This document shows, piece by piece, positions 19,209 through 28,265 of a DNA stretch of 64,000 bases (position 1 is the first letter of the stretch; each line of letters begins with the position of its first letter). The translations under genes were made by a program, and so were the position numbers. The notes beneath the pieces are model-generated. The model made no database searches and was not told the DNA's origin. It was given only the letters and a program-made list of their open reading frames with translations. This DNA is from Rhodocyclaceae bacterium (GTDB taxonomy: Bacteria; Pseudomonadota; Gammaproteobacteria; Burkholderiales; Rhodocyclaceae), in NCBI GenBank assembly GCA_016718525.1, contig JADKDD010000002.1, forward strand, positions 639,047 through 703,046, given 5' to 3'.

Positions 19209-19934
19209 ATGTCAAAAGAAAGACCCACTATCGGAGCGGACGGTCAGCCGCTACCCGTCATGCCGCCGGACCGTGACGGACGCGTCTGGGCCAAACAGGT
19301 CCGCGTGATGTTCTACACACCAGGGTTCCTTGCCATCCTGCTGCTCAAGGTCGGCGAGCCGACAGCCTTCGGTATCACGGTGGAGTTGTTGATGCTCGCG
19401 AGCATGTCGGCCATCGTCGCCGGCCTGTTCATCGGTGCCCACTCCAACGAAGCGGGCGCGGACCATACCTCGCGGGTTGGTGTCGCGAGCGGTGCTCTGG
19501 TGCTCGAACTGTTAGCCGCCGTGCCGTTGCTGTGTGCGGTTCCATCGCTGTTCCATGAACTCGCCAACAGCAAACTGCTGCACTCCGTCACCACAGGCGC
19601 CACAGGCGTACCACTTGGCGTGACGGAGCTGTTACCGGCGGTCGCCATCCTGCCATTCATGGTTTACCAACTGTCCGGATTCGGCACACTGCATTATGTT
19701 GTTTCGAGACAGGTGAACTGGGCCATCAACCTGGCGGTCCTCGGGTTGATCGTCGGCGCCACTGCCGCCAATCGGATGGCCGAGTTCGGCCTGGAAAAGG
19801 CATTGGTCGCGCTACTGGCGATATTCATGGCGCTGGTCACCGGGTACGGTGTCATGAAGCTGCGCCAGATGCAGGCCATCGTCGACAGCAACAGCCCGCG
19901 CAAGGAACCCAAAGAACCGAAAGATCCAAAGTAG
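19209..19934 (+). CDS. Polytopic membrane protein, unknown function, C-terminal KEPKEPKDPK tail
   Basis: 241 aa and hydrophobic throughout. No family recognised. Confidence 0.45.
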   Translation: MSKERPTIGADGQPLPVMPPDRDGRVWAKQVRVMFYTPGFLAILLLKVGEPTAFGITVELLMLASMSAIVAGLFIGAHSNEAGADHTSRVGVASGALVLELLAAVPLLCAVPSLFHELANSKLLHSVTTGATGVPLGVTELLPAVAILPFMVYQLSGFGTLHYVVSRQVNWAINLAVLGLIVGATAANRMAEFGLEKALVALLAIFMALVTGYGVMKLRQMQAIVDSNSPRKEPKEPKDPK

Positions 19935-20105
19935 CGGGGTCACGCAAGACAACTGACAACTCGCTGTAGCGCCCAATCCGTTATTTTCTCGAGCGCCCTA
20001 TAGCGCAATAGTAACTGTAGCCGTCGTTCTTTATGCGCAAACTCACGCACATCATGGCGCAAGGAGTTGCTGGACTGTGCCGGCGATTGACCGGAAAGTT
20101 GATCG

Positions 20106-20918
20106 CTATTTTGGAAACAGTAAAGTCATCTGGAAACGGAAGCCCCAGCCCTTCGGACCAGCATTGTCCGGGCTATCCAGCCAATAACGCAATCCGCCCG
20201 TCAGCGTAATCAACTGGCCACCGACTTTGAGCATCTGGGTAATAGTCGTGTTGATCGGTATCGACCACTTGCCGGTTTCATTGTTATAGGTTGACTCGGA
20301 GTTGATGCTATAGGTTGTGTACCGTGGCGTGGTGAAGGACAGGAAAGGTTGGAGATAGGTGTAGTTGATATCATTAGCGCTGCTGCTTCCACCGACCGAC
20401 CACATATGATTAGCAAGAATGCCATAGGTCCAACCGTGTTCCTGTTTGAGCAGCACCCCCGTCGGGCCAAGGCCCCACTTGTCGGCGGTCAAATCATTTG
20501 CTCCGGATCGCAACAGTGCCTGCGGCCCGACGCCCCAAATCCATCCGTCGGCAGTCGGCGCCTTGGGTGAAAAATAAAACTGTGGTGTGATGTCGCCAAA
20601 TCCCTTTTGGCTGCCACTGACCGGCGTGAAGTCCTTCTGGTCGATGATTGGTACCAAGGTACGAGAAATGACGTTCCAATCTTCGCTGATCGAGATCGGG
20701 ATCACCGGCTGAATGGTCAGCTGGTATTTGTCGCCCTGTTCAAACGGACCGATGTTTTGATCGTAATCGACCTTGAATGGCACGCTGATTAAATTAGCCA
20801 CCGGGTTCTGTGTTTTCTTGGCGATCTCAGCTTCGCTTTCCTCTGCCATCGCGGGCAAAGCAAATGCGCCAAACATGAGCGCCGATAGAGACAATGTGGC
20901 GAAACGAAATGTTCTCAT
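20106..20918 (-). CDS. Outer-membrane beta-barrel protein (MetA-pathway/'transporter' family-like)
   Basis: Signal peptide, then AKKTQNPVANLISVPFKVDYDQNIGP...LTIQPVIPISI. Alternating beta-strand pattern and terminal aromatic-rich strand (MTLLFPK). Family assignment is from memory of similar N-terminal motifs. Confidence 0.55.
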   Translation of the reverse strand: MRTFRFATLSLSALMFGAFALPAMAEESEAEIAKKTQNPVANLISVPFKVDYDQNIGPFEQGDKYQLTIQPVIPISISEDWNVISRTLVPIIDQKDFTPVSGSQKGFGDITPQFYFSPKAPTADGWIWGVGPQALLRSGANDLTADKWGLGPTGVLLKQEHGWTYGILANHMWSVGGSSSANDINYTYLQPFLSFTTPRYTTYSINSESTYNNETGKWSIPINTTITQMLKVGGQLITLTGGLRYWLDSPDNAGPKGWGFRFQMTLLFPK

Positions 20919-21027
20919 TTGGCAGCCTTTCATCCTGAATCAATGCCTGAATTTTACTGATCGGATCAGGACGGTAGCACTTTCCTGATTCCGGATTTGC
21001 CTTTATGAAGGCAGCGTGATAGCCAGC

Positions 21028-21058
21028 GCGGCATTTTCACGCAAAGTGAAAATGCCGC
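21028..21058 (-). terminator. 13-bp perfect stem-loop (GCGGCATTTTCAC-GCAAA-GTGAAAATGCCGC)
   Basis: Lies 10 nt downstream of the stop of the 21068..21544 gene. There is no clear U-tract, so it could be a terminator, attenuator or RNA-stability element. Confidence 0.4.
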
Positions 21059-21067
21059 ATCCGACGA

Positions 21068-21544
21068 TTAGTTGGCGAGCTTGATGGTTACCGAGCTGAC
21101 GCCAAGATTGAGTGCCAGACCCTTGCCTTTGGACTTGGTCGTAATCACGACCTCTTTCAGGCTCTGAAAGCTCGATGCACCGGCACTGGATCCAACCGCA
21201 CCTCCAGCACCGATACCGTTATAGGTACCCGGGAAATCTTCGATCTTCTTCAGAAAACGCACTTCTGCTGTGCCTTCAACTTCCGTGTAGCCAACACCGC
21301 CAACTGTCACGCCAGTCATCGTGAAAGGGTAATCCTTGCCCTTGTAATGAAGCACCCCTTTACCCTCGGCCCCGCCAAAAATCAGTCGCAGCTGTTTGGC
21401 TTCAAAACTGGCGGTGGCATCCGGCGGTCCGCTCAAGTCCTTCATTGGTTTTTGTGCCGAGGTGTCCTGAGCAAAAGTCACCTGCGGAAGTATTGCCGAA
21501 CTCACTGCAACGAGAAAACTGAAAACTATTGAGGAAATGCGCAT
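21068..21544 (-). CDS. Secreted hypothetical protein (possibly DUF1134-like, Gly-rich)
   Basis: Start set at the ATG at 21544 (MRISSIVFSFLVAVSSAILPQVTFA signal peptide). Gly-rich beta pattern. Confidence 0.5.
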   Translation of the reverse strand: MRISSIVFSFLVAVSSAILPQVTFAQDTSAQKPMKDLSGPPDATASFEAKQLRLIFGGAEGKGVLHYKGKDYPFTMTGVTVGGVGYTEVEGTAEVRFLKKIEDFPGTYNGIGAGGAVGSSAGASSFQSLKEVVITTKSKGKGLALNLGVSSVTIKLAN

Positions 21545-21715
21545 GGTGTTTTTCTCCAAAAGATTAACTGCTATAGGTAAGAAATGGTGTTTGAAATCAG
21601 TGCGACCACTCCAATGTTGGCGACAATCGATCTTCCATACTTGGCGACCAAACAATGTACTGCCGCGTTCAAAAGAGAAGTCCCAAACGTAAATATATCA
21701 GGGTCAACGTGACGG

Positions 21716-22675
21716 TTATTGAACACCCAATTCGGCGGCAATCTCAAGTTCATTTTTAACGATGCCTTTCTCAATATCGCGGACTTCGTCCATAAATGCG
21801 ATGGTTGCGGGTGTCAACGTGCGACCTCGTTGAGTAATGAATCCATAGTTACTTTTAATCTCCAAGCAGTTTATCTGGATCAGTGCAAGCTTACGAGCGT
21901 CTAGGTCAGGCTTAAGTATTGACAGAACTGACATGCCGATCGCGTCACAGTTCGGGAGCAGGGTCGCAAGTCGCACCGGCGCATCAATCTCGATGTTAGG
22001 AACAAAGTCTCCGCTTACCGGATCAATGGTTCCGGCGGCTCCCAGCGGCTTGGGCAATTTGGCCGCCATTGCGGGAGGAAATCTGACCGAAAGCCAGGGA
22101 AATTCCATCAATTGACTTAGTGTCACATGCTTACGCTTGGTGAGCGGATGACCAGACCGGCAACAAAAGCGACCAACATGTTGCCCGATCAGCTCAGTGT
22201 CAAACAGTTCATTGTTTTGCAATCCGCGAAGGTCGGCAATGCCGATATCTACGGCCCTTGACGCAACCAGATGCGGCACTTCACGCCAGGCAACAACCGA
22301 TACCGCAACTCTGATTTTCGGATGTCGGGAAAGCATTCTGGCAATTGCGGGATAGCCCGAAGTGATACTTGGGTAGGGTCCAAGCGCAACCTTGAGCGAC
22401 CCTGCTTCATGACCCGCAAGCAACGCCAATTCGCGCTGCAGATCATCTTCTGCTGCAAACAACGGTTTGCAGCGTTGGACTACCAACTCACCGAATGCTG
22501 TCAGCGTCGGTGCCCCACGCGCGCGATCAAGCAGCGTCACACCAAGTTCGGCCTCCAAAGCCTGAATGCTTTTGGTCAATGCGGGTTGCGAAATATTTAA
22601 TGCTTTGGCTGCATGTCCAAAATGCCCGTACTCGACCAGAAATAGCAGATGCTGAAGGCGTCGCAGAGAAATCAT
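21716..22675 (-). CDS. LysR family transcriptional regulator
   Basis: 319 aa. N-terminal LRRLQHLLFLVEYGHFGHAAKALNISQPALTKSIQALE. Divergent from the arylsulfatase gene. Confidence 0.9.
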   Translation of the reverse strand: MISLRRLQHLLFLVEYGHFGHAAKALNISQPALTKSIQALEAELGVTLLDRARGAPTLTAFGELVVQRCKPLFAAEDDLQRELALLAGHEAGSLKVALGPYPSITSGYPAIARMLSRHPKIRVAVSVVAWREVPHLVASRAVDIGIADLRGLQNNELFDTELIGQHVGRFCCRSGHPLTKRKHVTLSQLMEFPWLSVRFPPAMAAKLPKPLGAAGTIDPVSGDFVPNIEIDAPVRLATLLPNCDAIGMSVLSILKPDLDARKLALIQINCLEIKSNYGFITQRGRTLTPATIAFMDEVRDIEKGIVKNELEIAAELGVQ

Positions 22676-22889
22676 AATAAATTTATGTTATCAAGTTTAA
22701 ACAATAATTCATTTTACTCATCGAAGCATTAGAAGTAGAAACTTATAATGTGCTTCAAAAGCTGTGGATTGGCACGTCAGTCTCCGACGAGATATCGCGA
22801 CTAAAGCGATTCTGTTTTCTCTTGCTTAACCGGAGCGCGACTTGCCGCAATTTCGGTCGGTTTCTTAACTCATCAGAAGGGAACGTGCA

Positions 22890-24494
22890 ATGAAACGAAG
22901 CTTGAGAAATCTGGGCCTTGCTGCGTTGCTGCTTGTCGGTGCATTTGCATCAGCGCAGGCCGCCGACAAAAAGCCCAACATCGTCGTCATCATGGGCGAC
23001 GACATCGGTTGGTCCAATATCGGCGCCTACAACCAGGGCATGATGGCTACCCGGACGCCGAACCTCGACAAGCTGGCGGCCGAGGGCATGCGTTTCACCG
23101 ATTACTACGCTGAAGCCAGCTGCACGGCTGGTCGAGCAGCTTTCGTTACCGGCCAGTTGCCTATCCGTACCGGCATGACGACGGTCGGTCAGGCTGGCGC
23201 ACCCACCGGCATGCCGGCACAGGCAATGACCATCGCCACGGCCCTCAAGGAGCAGGGCTACGCGACCGGCCAGTTCGGCAAGAACCACCTCGGCGACAAG
23301 AACGAGTTCCTGCCCACCGTCCATGGTTTTGACGAATTCTTCGGCTACCTCTATCACCTCGACGCGATGGAAGACCCGGCACACCCGAATTACCCGCAGG
23401 AGCTGCTGAACCGGGTCGGGCCGCGCAACATGGTGCACAGCTGGGCTACCGCCACGGACGACGCGACAGTCGATCCACGCTGGGGCAAGGTCGGCAAGCA
23501 GAAGATCGTGGATGCCGGCACGCTCTACCCGAAACGCATGGAAACCGTGGATGACGAGATTCGCGATCTCGCGCTCAAGTTCGTCGAAAAAGCCAAGGCC
23601 GATAACAAGCCTTTCTTCCTTTGGCTGAACCCGACGCGCATGCACATCGTCACCCACCTGTCGCCGAAGTACGAGGCGTTGCGCAACTCGAAAAACGGCT
23701 GGTCCATCCAGGAAGCCGGCATGGCGCAACTGGACGACGATATTGGCATCGTGATGCAGAAGCTCAAGGACATGGGTGTAGATGACAACACGATTGTCGT
23801 CTTCACCACCGATAACGGTACCGAGACCTTCACCTGGCCGGATGGCGGCACCACGCCGTTCAAGGGGCAGAAAGGCACCGGCTACGAAGGCGGCTTCCGC
23901 GCTCCGGCGATTCTCCGCTGGCCGGGCAAGGTGCCTGCAGGCAAGGTCGAGAATGGCGTTATGTCCGGCCTTGACTGGTTCCCGACCCTGGTGGCTGCCG
24001 CCGGCAACCCGAACATCAAGGACGAGTTGCTGAAGGGCAAGACGGTGGGTGGCAAGACCTACAAGAACCACCTCGACAGCTACAACCAGATGCCCATGAT
24101 CACCGGCAAGGGGCCGTCAAACCGCAATGAGGTTTACTACTTCACGGAAAGCAACCTCGCCGCGGTCCGGATCGGCGACTACAAGTATCAATTCATCGAT
24201 CAGCCCCAGGGCTGGCTCGGCGCCAAGAATCATATTGACGTACCGACGCTGATCAACCTGCGTCTGGATCCCTACGAGCGCATGGCCTGGCCGGAGAATG
24301 GAACGCTCAATGGTTCGCAGAACTATTTCTCGTGGTTCCAATATGAATTCTGGCGCTTCGTGTTCGTTCAGGAAGAAGTTGCCAAACTGGCCATGTCAGC
24401 CATCGAGTATCCGCCGATGCAGAAGGGCGCAAGCTTTAATCTCGATGCCGTAAAGGCAAGGATCGCTGCTGCAGCGGCCGCGCAAGGCAAGTAA
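22890..24494 (+). CDS. Arylsulfatase (formylglycine-dependent sulfatase family), secreted
   Basis: Signal peptide, PNIVVIMGDDIGW metal-site motif and the formylglycine motif as C-T-A-G-R (SCTAGRAAFVTGQ). Confidence 0.9.
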   Translation: MKRSLRNLGLAALLLVGAFASAQAADKKPNIVVIMGDDIGWSNIGAYNQGMMATRTPNLDKLAAEGMRFTDYYAEASCTAGRAAFVTGQLPIRTGMTTVGQAGAPTGMPAQAMTIATALKEQGYATGQFGKNHLGDKNEFLPTVHGFDEFFGYLYHLDAMEDPAHPNYPQELLNRVGPRNMVHSWATATDDATVDPRWGKVGKQKIVDAGTLYPKRMETVDDEIRDLALKFVEKAKADNKPFFLWLNPTRMHIVTHLSPKYEALRNSKNGWSIQEAGMAQLDDDIGIVMQKLKDMGVDDNTIVVFTTDNGTETFTWPDGGTTPFKGQKGTGYEGGFRAPAILRWPGKVPAGKVENGVMSGLDWFPTLVAAAGNPNIKDELLKGKTVGGKTYKNHLDSYNQMPMITGKGPSNRNEVYYFTESNLAAVRIGDYKYQFIDQPQGWLGAKNHIDVPTLINLRLDPYERMAWPENGTLNGSQNYFSWFQYEFWRFVFVQEEVAKLAMSAIEYPPMQKGASFNLDAVKARIAAAAAAQGK

Positions 24495-24520
24495 CTGGAA
24501 GAAAATTTAGTTAGTGGAGA

Positions 24521-24551
24521 AAGGGCGGCCCTTGCAGGTCGCCCTTTTTTT
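24521..24551 (+). terminator. Rho-independent terminator after arylsulfatase
   Basis: Stem AAGGGCG / CGCCCTT with a 12-nt loop, followed by a T7 run. Confidence 0.75.
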
Positions 24552-24631
24552 GCGATTGCAGAAATACGAAATCCCGCAAGCGCTTCACCAGAATGACCGG
24601 TCGATGCTCAGACCCTTGGCAAAACCACCAA

Positions 24632-24659
24632 TTAACGGCGTGTCGTGAGCACCAACTCA
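24632..24659 (+). repeat. Copy A of the bipartite motif (TTAACGGCGTGTCGTGAGCACCAACTCA)
   Basis: Intergenic, upstream of the PPIase gene. Near-identical to copy B. Confidence 0.6.
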
Positions 24660-24722
24660 CCTGTCTCACCCGCTAAAATTGCGAGTTCGGGGTTGCTCCA
24701 ACCCACAATCTAGGATGAATAA

Positions 24723-25598
24723 ATGAAACTGAATAAACGCGCTTTGATCATTGCCGGGGCAGTCTCTGTGCTCGCACTTGCGGCCTGTGATGCAACCAAG
24801 GAAGCCAGTCAGGCAGCCAAGAATCCGGCAGCGGCAACCGTTAACGGAAAGGCGATCAGCCAGCGCACGGTCGACATGATTGTTGCGCAGGGGGCCGCTT
24901 CCGGCCGACCGGATACACCGGAAGCGCGTAAGAGCATCATCGAACAACTGGCGCTGCAAATGGTGGTTGCTGATGAAGCGATCAAGAAGGGTTTGGACAA
25001 ATCACCCGAAGTTGCCGAGCAAATCGATGCAGTCAGACAAACCGTGCTGGCCAACGCCTATGTGCAGGACTTCGTCAAAAACACGCCGATCAGTGACGAG
25101 ATGGTGAAAGCCGAGTATGAACGCATCAAGACGATGATCAGCGGCACGGAATACAAGGCCCGCCATATCCTGGTCGAGAAGGAATCTGAGGCCAAGGAGA
25201 TCATCGCCAAGCTCAAGACTGATCCGGCTGCATTTGAGAAGCTGGCAATGCAAAAATCAACTGATACCTCATCCAAAGTTCGCGGCGGCGATTTGGGCTG
25301 GTTTGATTTGCGTGGCATGGTGCCCGAATTCGGCGCGGCGGTCAGCAAGATGGAAAAGGGCAAGTTCACGCTGGAGCCGGTCAAGACGCAATTTGGATAT
25401 CACGTCATCTGGCTGGATGACTCGCGGCCAATCCAAGCCCCGCCGCTAGAAAGTGTGAAGCCTCAACTCACCGAGCAACTCCAGCAAAAAAACGTGAAGA
25501 CTGCGCTGGATGAACTGAAGGCAAAAGCCAAGATTGAAATCGTCAGCGCGGTTGCACAACCAGCGCCGGCGACACCCACCGCGCCAGCATCCAAGTAG
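24723..25598 (+). CDS. PpiC/parvulin-type peptidyl-prolyl isomerase, lipoprotein (SurA/PrsA-like)
   Basis: Lipobox LALAAC. Parvulin core ARHILV...GGDLGWF...FGYHVI. Confidence 0.85.
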   Translation: MKLNKRALIIAGAVSVLALAACDATKEASQAAKNPAAATVNGKAISQRTVDMIVAQGAASGRPDTPEARKSIIEQLALQMVVADEAIKKGLDKSPEVAEQIDAVRQTVLANAYVQDFVKNTPISDEMVKAEYERIKTMISGTEYKARHILVEKESEAKEIIAKLKTDPAAFEKLAMQKSTDTSSKVRGGDLGWFDLRGMVPEFGAAVSKMEKGKFTLEPVKTQFGYHVIWLDDSRPIQAPPLESVKPQLTEQLQQKNVKTALDELKAKAKIEIVSAVAQPAPATPTAPASK

Positions 25599-25605
25599 GT
25601 TATTA

Positions 25606-25638
25606 GTGGTGTCAGGGGCAGACAGCCCCTGACACCAC
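25606..25638. terminator. 13-bp perfect stem-loop between convergent genes
   Basis: GTGGTGTCAGGGG-CAGACAG-CCCCTGACACCAC. Sits between the PPIase stop (25598) and the stop of the 25706..26671 gene. No strong T-tract. Confidence 0.5.
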
Positions 25639-25705
25639 TGCCACTGAGTCACGCGGCATACCAAGCCAGCGAGCATCACCCTCTGTCTTCAGCGCACGTC
25701 GGGAT

Positions 25706-26671
25706 TCAAGGCTTAATAATCAGGCTGCGAAATTTGTGTTGGGCTTGCGGCAGCTTCTTGCACTCAATGCCGTTAACACGGATTCCGCCGTCATCGCTGA
25801 GCAATTGCACGTCGTTGCCGGAGCCAGTTGCAAACAGCGCCTCAGGCCGCAAGTCTTTAAGTGCAGCGTCCAGCAAAATGGCGCCGTGACCGGCAATTCC
25901 AGACCACTTGAATAAGGCGAAGCTTCCGCTATCGGTGATAGGGCCGGCAACGATCAGGTAGCCGCCATCCACCTGTGTGATGCTGCGGATTCCGCGTTGG
26001 CCCAAATCGAGTTCAATTGGCGCGCCGAACTTTGCTGCCTTGCCAGCGATCAACTCGGCCGGATTTTCCAGAGGAACGATCAGTGCCCGCCGATGCGGCA
26101 AAGGGTTACGAAAACCGATCAGCAGCGTGCCCTCAGGCGTTGCCGCAAGCCCTTCGATATTGAGACCGCCTTCTGCCTCGGCAGGCAGTCGCGCCGCATC
26201 TTCAAGTTTGTAGTGTTTGAGTGCGCGCACCTTCCCCATGTCGCGCAGCAATTTCGTGTAGGGTTCTCCGACAGGCTTGAGCGAGGGTGGTTTGCCGGGC
26301 ACGATATCGGTGGCAAAGAAGCGATGCCGGCTGTGCTGAGTTTTGCCCTTGCTGTTGCTGCCGTGTGAGGTGACCCAGTAGATTCGCCCCCCAATCGCTG
26401 CTGCGCCCTCAATGTCAGACTCTTCGTCTGCTTTGGTGCCAAGAAAACGAGTAAGGTCAATCGAACCAACGGCAGCGCTTTGGCCGCGTCGGTAGACCAA
26501 CAAGGTATCCATTTCATCGGTACCGACTACGAAGTGTTCGGCATCCAGTGCAGCTACGGCAGAGGCGTCGCAAGGGCCTTGATAAACCACAATCTGCGGC
26601 TCAACCGCGTCGGCTGTAAGTGTGGCAAGGCTCAGCGCCACCGTAGCTAATCCGGCCAATCGAGTCATCAT
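25706..26671 (-). CDS. Secreted DUF3616-like beta-propeller-type protein
   Basis: 321 aa with a signal peptide. Motifs SDIEGAAAIGGRIYWVTSHG and NIEGLAATPEGTLLIGFRNPL are recalled from DUF3616 proteins of similar length. Confidence 0.5.
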   Translation of the reverse strand: MMTRLAGLATVALSLATLTADAVEPQIVVYQGPCDASAVAALDAEHFVVGTDEMDTLLVYRRGQSAAVGSIDLTRFLGTKADEESDIEGAAAIGGRIYWVTSHGSNSKGKTQHSRHRFFATDIVPGKPPSLKPVGEPYTKLLRDMGKVRALKHYKLEDAARLPAEAEGGLNIEGLAATPEGTLLIGFRNPLPHRRALIVPLENPAELIAGKAAKFGAPIELDLGQRGIRSITQVDGGYLIVAGPITDSGSFALFKWSGIAGHGAILLDAALKDLRPEALFATGSGNDVQLLSDDGGIRVNGIECKKLPQAQHKFRSLIIKP

Positions 26672-26744
26672 TCGTGTTGCGTTGTCGTCAGCCTGATTGG
26701 CTATGGCGCTTACATCAATTTTCGTGGCGTTTCAGCACAACCGT

Positions 26745-27095
26745 TTAAGTTGTCCTGGTCGCCTTGGCCTTCACCACCCGGGGCTTAGCCGGAGCTTTGG
26801 CAATCACTTTGGTGGCGGCTTTGGGAGTTGGCTTGGCCGTGGCACTCGGCTTCGGTGCAACCGCTTTAGGGGCCGCCTTCGGTGCCGCTTTAGGGGCTGT
26901 CTTGGGGACTGCCTTGACTGCCACTTTTTTGGTTCTGGATTTCTCCGGAACCTGTTTGCTAGCCAGCCTTGTTGCAGCTTTCTTTCGAGACTTTTCGACC
27001 AGCCCCTCCAACTTCTTCTGCAGCTTCTCAATCTTCACGGCAGCCTTGTTGGCAACTTTTTCAATCTTGGCTTTAACGTTTTCAACGGTAGTCAT
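26745..27095 (-). CDS. Histone H1-like Lys/Ala/Pro-repeat protein
   Basis: 116 aa. Helical N-terminus, then a KAVPKTAPKAAPKAAPKAVAPKPSATAKPTPKAATK low-complexity tail, as in AlgP/BpH1/PhaF-tail type proteins. Confidence 0.6.
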   Translation of the reverse strand: MTTVENVKAKIEKVANKAAVKIEKLQKKLEGLVEKSRKKAATRLASKQVPEKSRTKKVAVKAVPKTAPKAAPKAAPKAVAPKPSATAKPTPKAATKVIAKAPAKPRVVKAKATRTT

Positions 27096-27358
27096 GGTCG
27101 ATCCTAGGTAGTGGATAACGATTGGGTAAAAAGCGTCAGGTGTTATAAGGCTACATCATGACCTAAAACGACGAGTTAATGTGGCTCAAACTAACGACAG
27201 CTATTGGCCCGTCGCTGCGCTCGATTCCTTGTTCATCGCCGCTTGGCAAACCGACTGTTTTGGTTATGCAAGAAGACGGCGCAGCATCGTCGATTGACGC
27301 AGTCTTGAATGATAGTTCTCCGCTTGACAAGCAGGTGGATTAAGCAGACAAGTGTTCC

Positions 27359-27808
27359 ATGAGATATTGGATGAAAGTTTTGCTCTTGGCGACTACTGTG
27401 ATCATCGTTTTAGGCACAGGGATAGCCGTACTTTCCGGATTGATCGGGGAGACGTCACGCGGTAAAACGCTGGCGCAAGCATTCGGAATTCCGCGACCGG
27501 CCGTCATTGCACATCGCGGCGCGTCCTATCTGGCCCCGGAGGAAACCCGGCCGGCGTTTTTAATGGCCCGGGAGCTTGGCGCCGACTATCTTGAGTTCGA
27601 CATCCAGCGCACAAAAGACGGCGTACTGATTGCCTTGCACGACGATGATCTCTCGCGCACCACCAATGTTGCCGAGATTTTCCCCGGCCGGGAGAAAGAC
27701 ACAATTGATACCTTTAGCTTTGCGGAATTGGCAGTGATGCGGTCCGGATTGGAAAAGTGCACTACTGGCTTTCACCAAGGCTGCATGAAACTGATGTTCC
27801 CTGCATGA
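27359..27808 (+). pseudogene. Truncated glycerophosphodiester phosphodiesterase (GDPD) gene, N-terminal part only
   Basis: TM anchor plus GDPD catalytic N-half (VIAHRGASYLAPEETRPAF...EFDIQRTKDGVLIALHDDDLSRTTNV). The ORF stops at 149 aa, where homologues continue for at least 100 more. I recognised no continuation in any frame. Confidence 0.6.
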
Positions 27809-28265
27809 CCACAGGACAAGATGTCCTGTTTTTGGCTCCGACTCGGCCAACTTATTCCGCTCCCCGGACAACATCTGTCTGCTGTCGCACATAAATAAGG
27901 TTCCAAGGCAATCGACCCGCAGATTCGTGCCGGAGACGCTGCAGCCCGGGCTGACCTGGTCATCAGATCCAATATCACTATCCTGTTTTTGGCTGCTTTC
28001 AACATGAGATTTCTTAACAGTATCGAAGGCTCCGTCATCGTTGTATCAACCGCTATTTGTGTGTGCTGGCATACATACAAGCCAGCTAGCGCGGCTTAGG
28101 CTGAATTCCTATCGGACAAATCCTTTTGCCTCGCCATCCCACTGTCTGCCCATGGCGATTCAATGATTCCTGACAGGTCAAATACGTTGATGAGTTCGAC
28201 TCAGGTAGCAGTTACCCGTTTGCACAAGCAGGAATGAAAAAGTTTCCGGCACCAGCACAGCCGCA

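Noticed and set aside
22668-22700. AT-rich sequence ...CATAATAAATTTATGTTATCAA... with partial resemblance to a dif/XerCD site. It also contains the palindrome ATAAATTTAT.
   Set aside because: The arms match the dif consensus only partly, and the central spacer would be 5 nt rather than 6. The site sits in the LysR/arylsulfatase divergent promoter, so it is more likely promoter or LysR-box sequence. I could not define a convincing T-N11-A box either.
22950-24071. 373-aa ORF antisense to the arylsulfatase gene. Similar long antisense ORFs occur at 4057-5010, 8284-9144, 35827-36765 and 59176-60150.
   Set aside because: Each lies opposite a gene with a clear family assignment. Their translations are Arg/Gly/His/Val-rich and low in complexity, with no recognisable motifs. 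Such shadow ORFs are typical of GC-rich DNA.
26780-26960. Short tandem nucleotide repeats, considered as a possible CRISPR array or VNTR.
   Set aside because: They are the coding repeats of the Lys/Ala/Pro tail of the histone-like gene. The units are about 12-15 nt with no spacers, so this is not CRISPR-like.
28081-28265. Possible Mg-sensing (M-box) riboswitch upstream of the MgtE-domain gene.
   Set aside because: I could not recognise the conserved M-box helices or motifs by eye. A covariance-model scan would be needed, and no claim is made.
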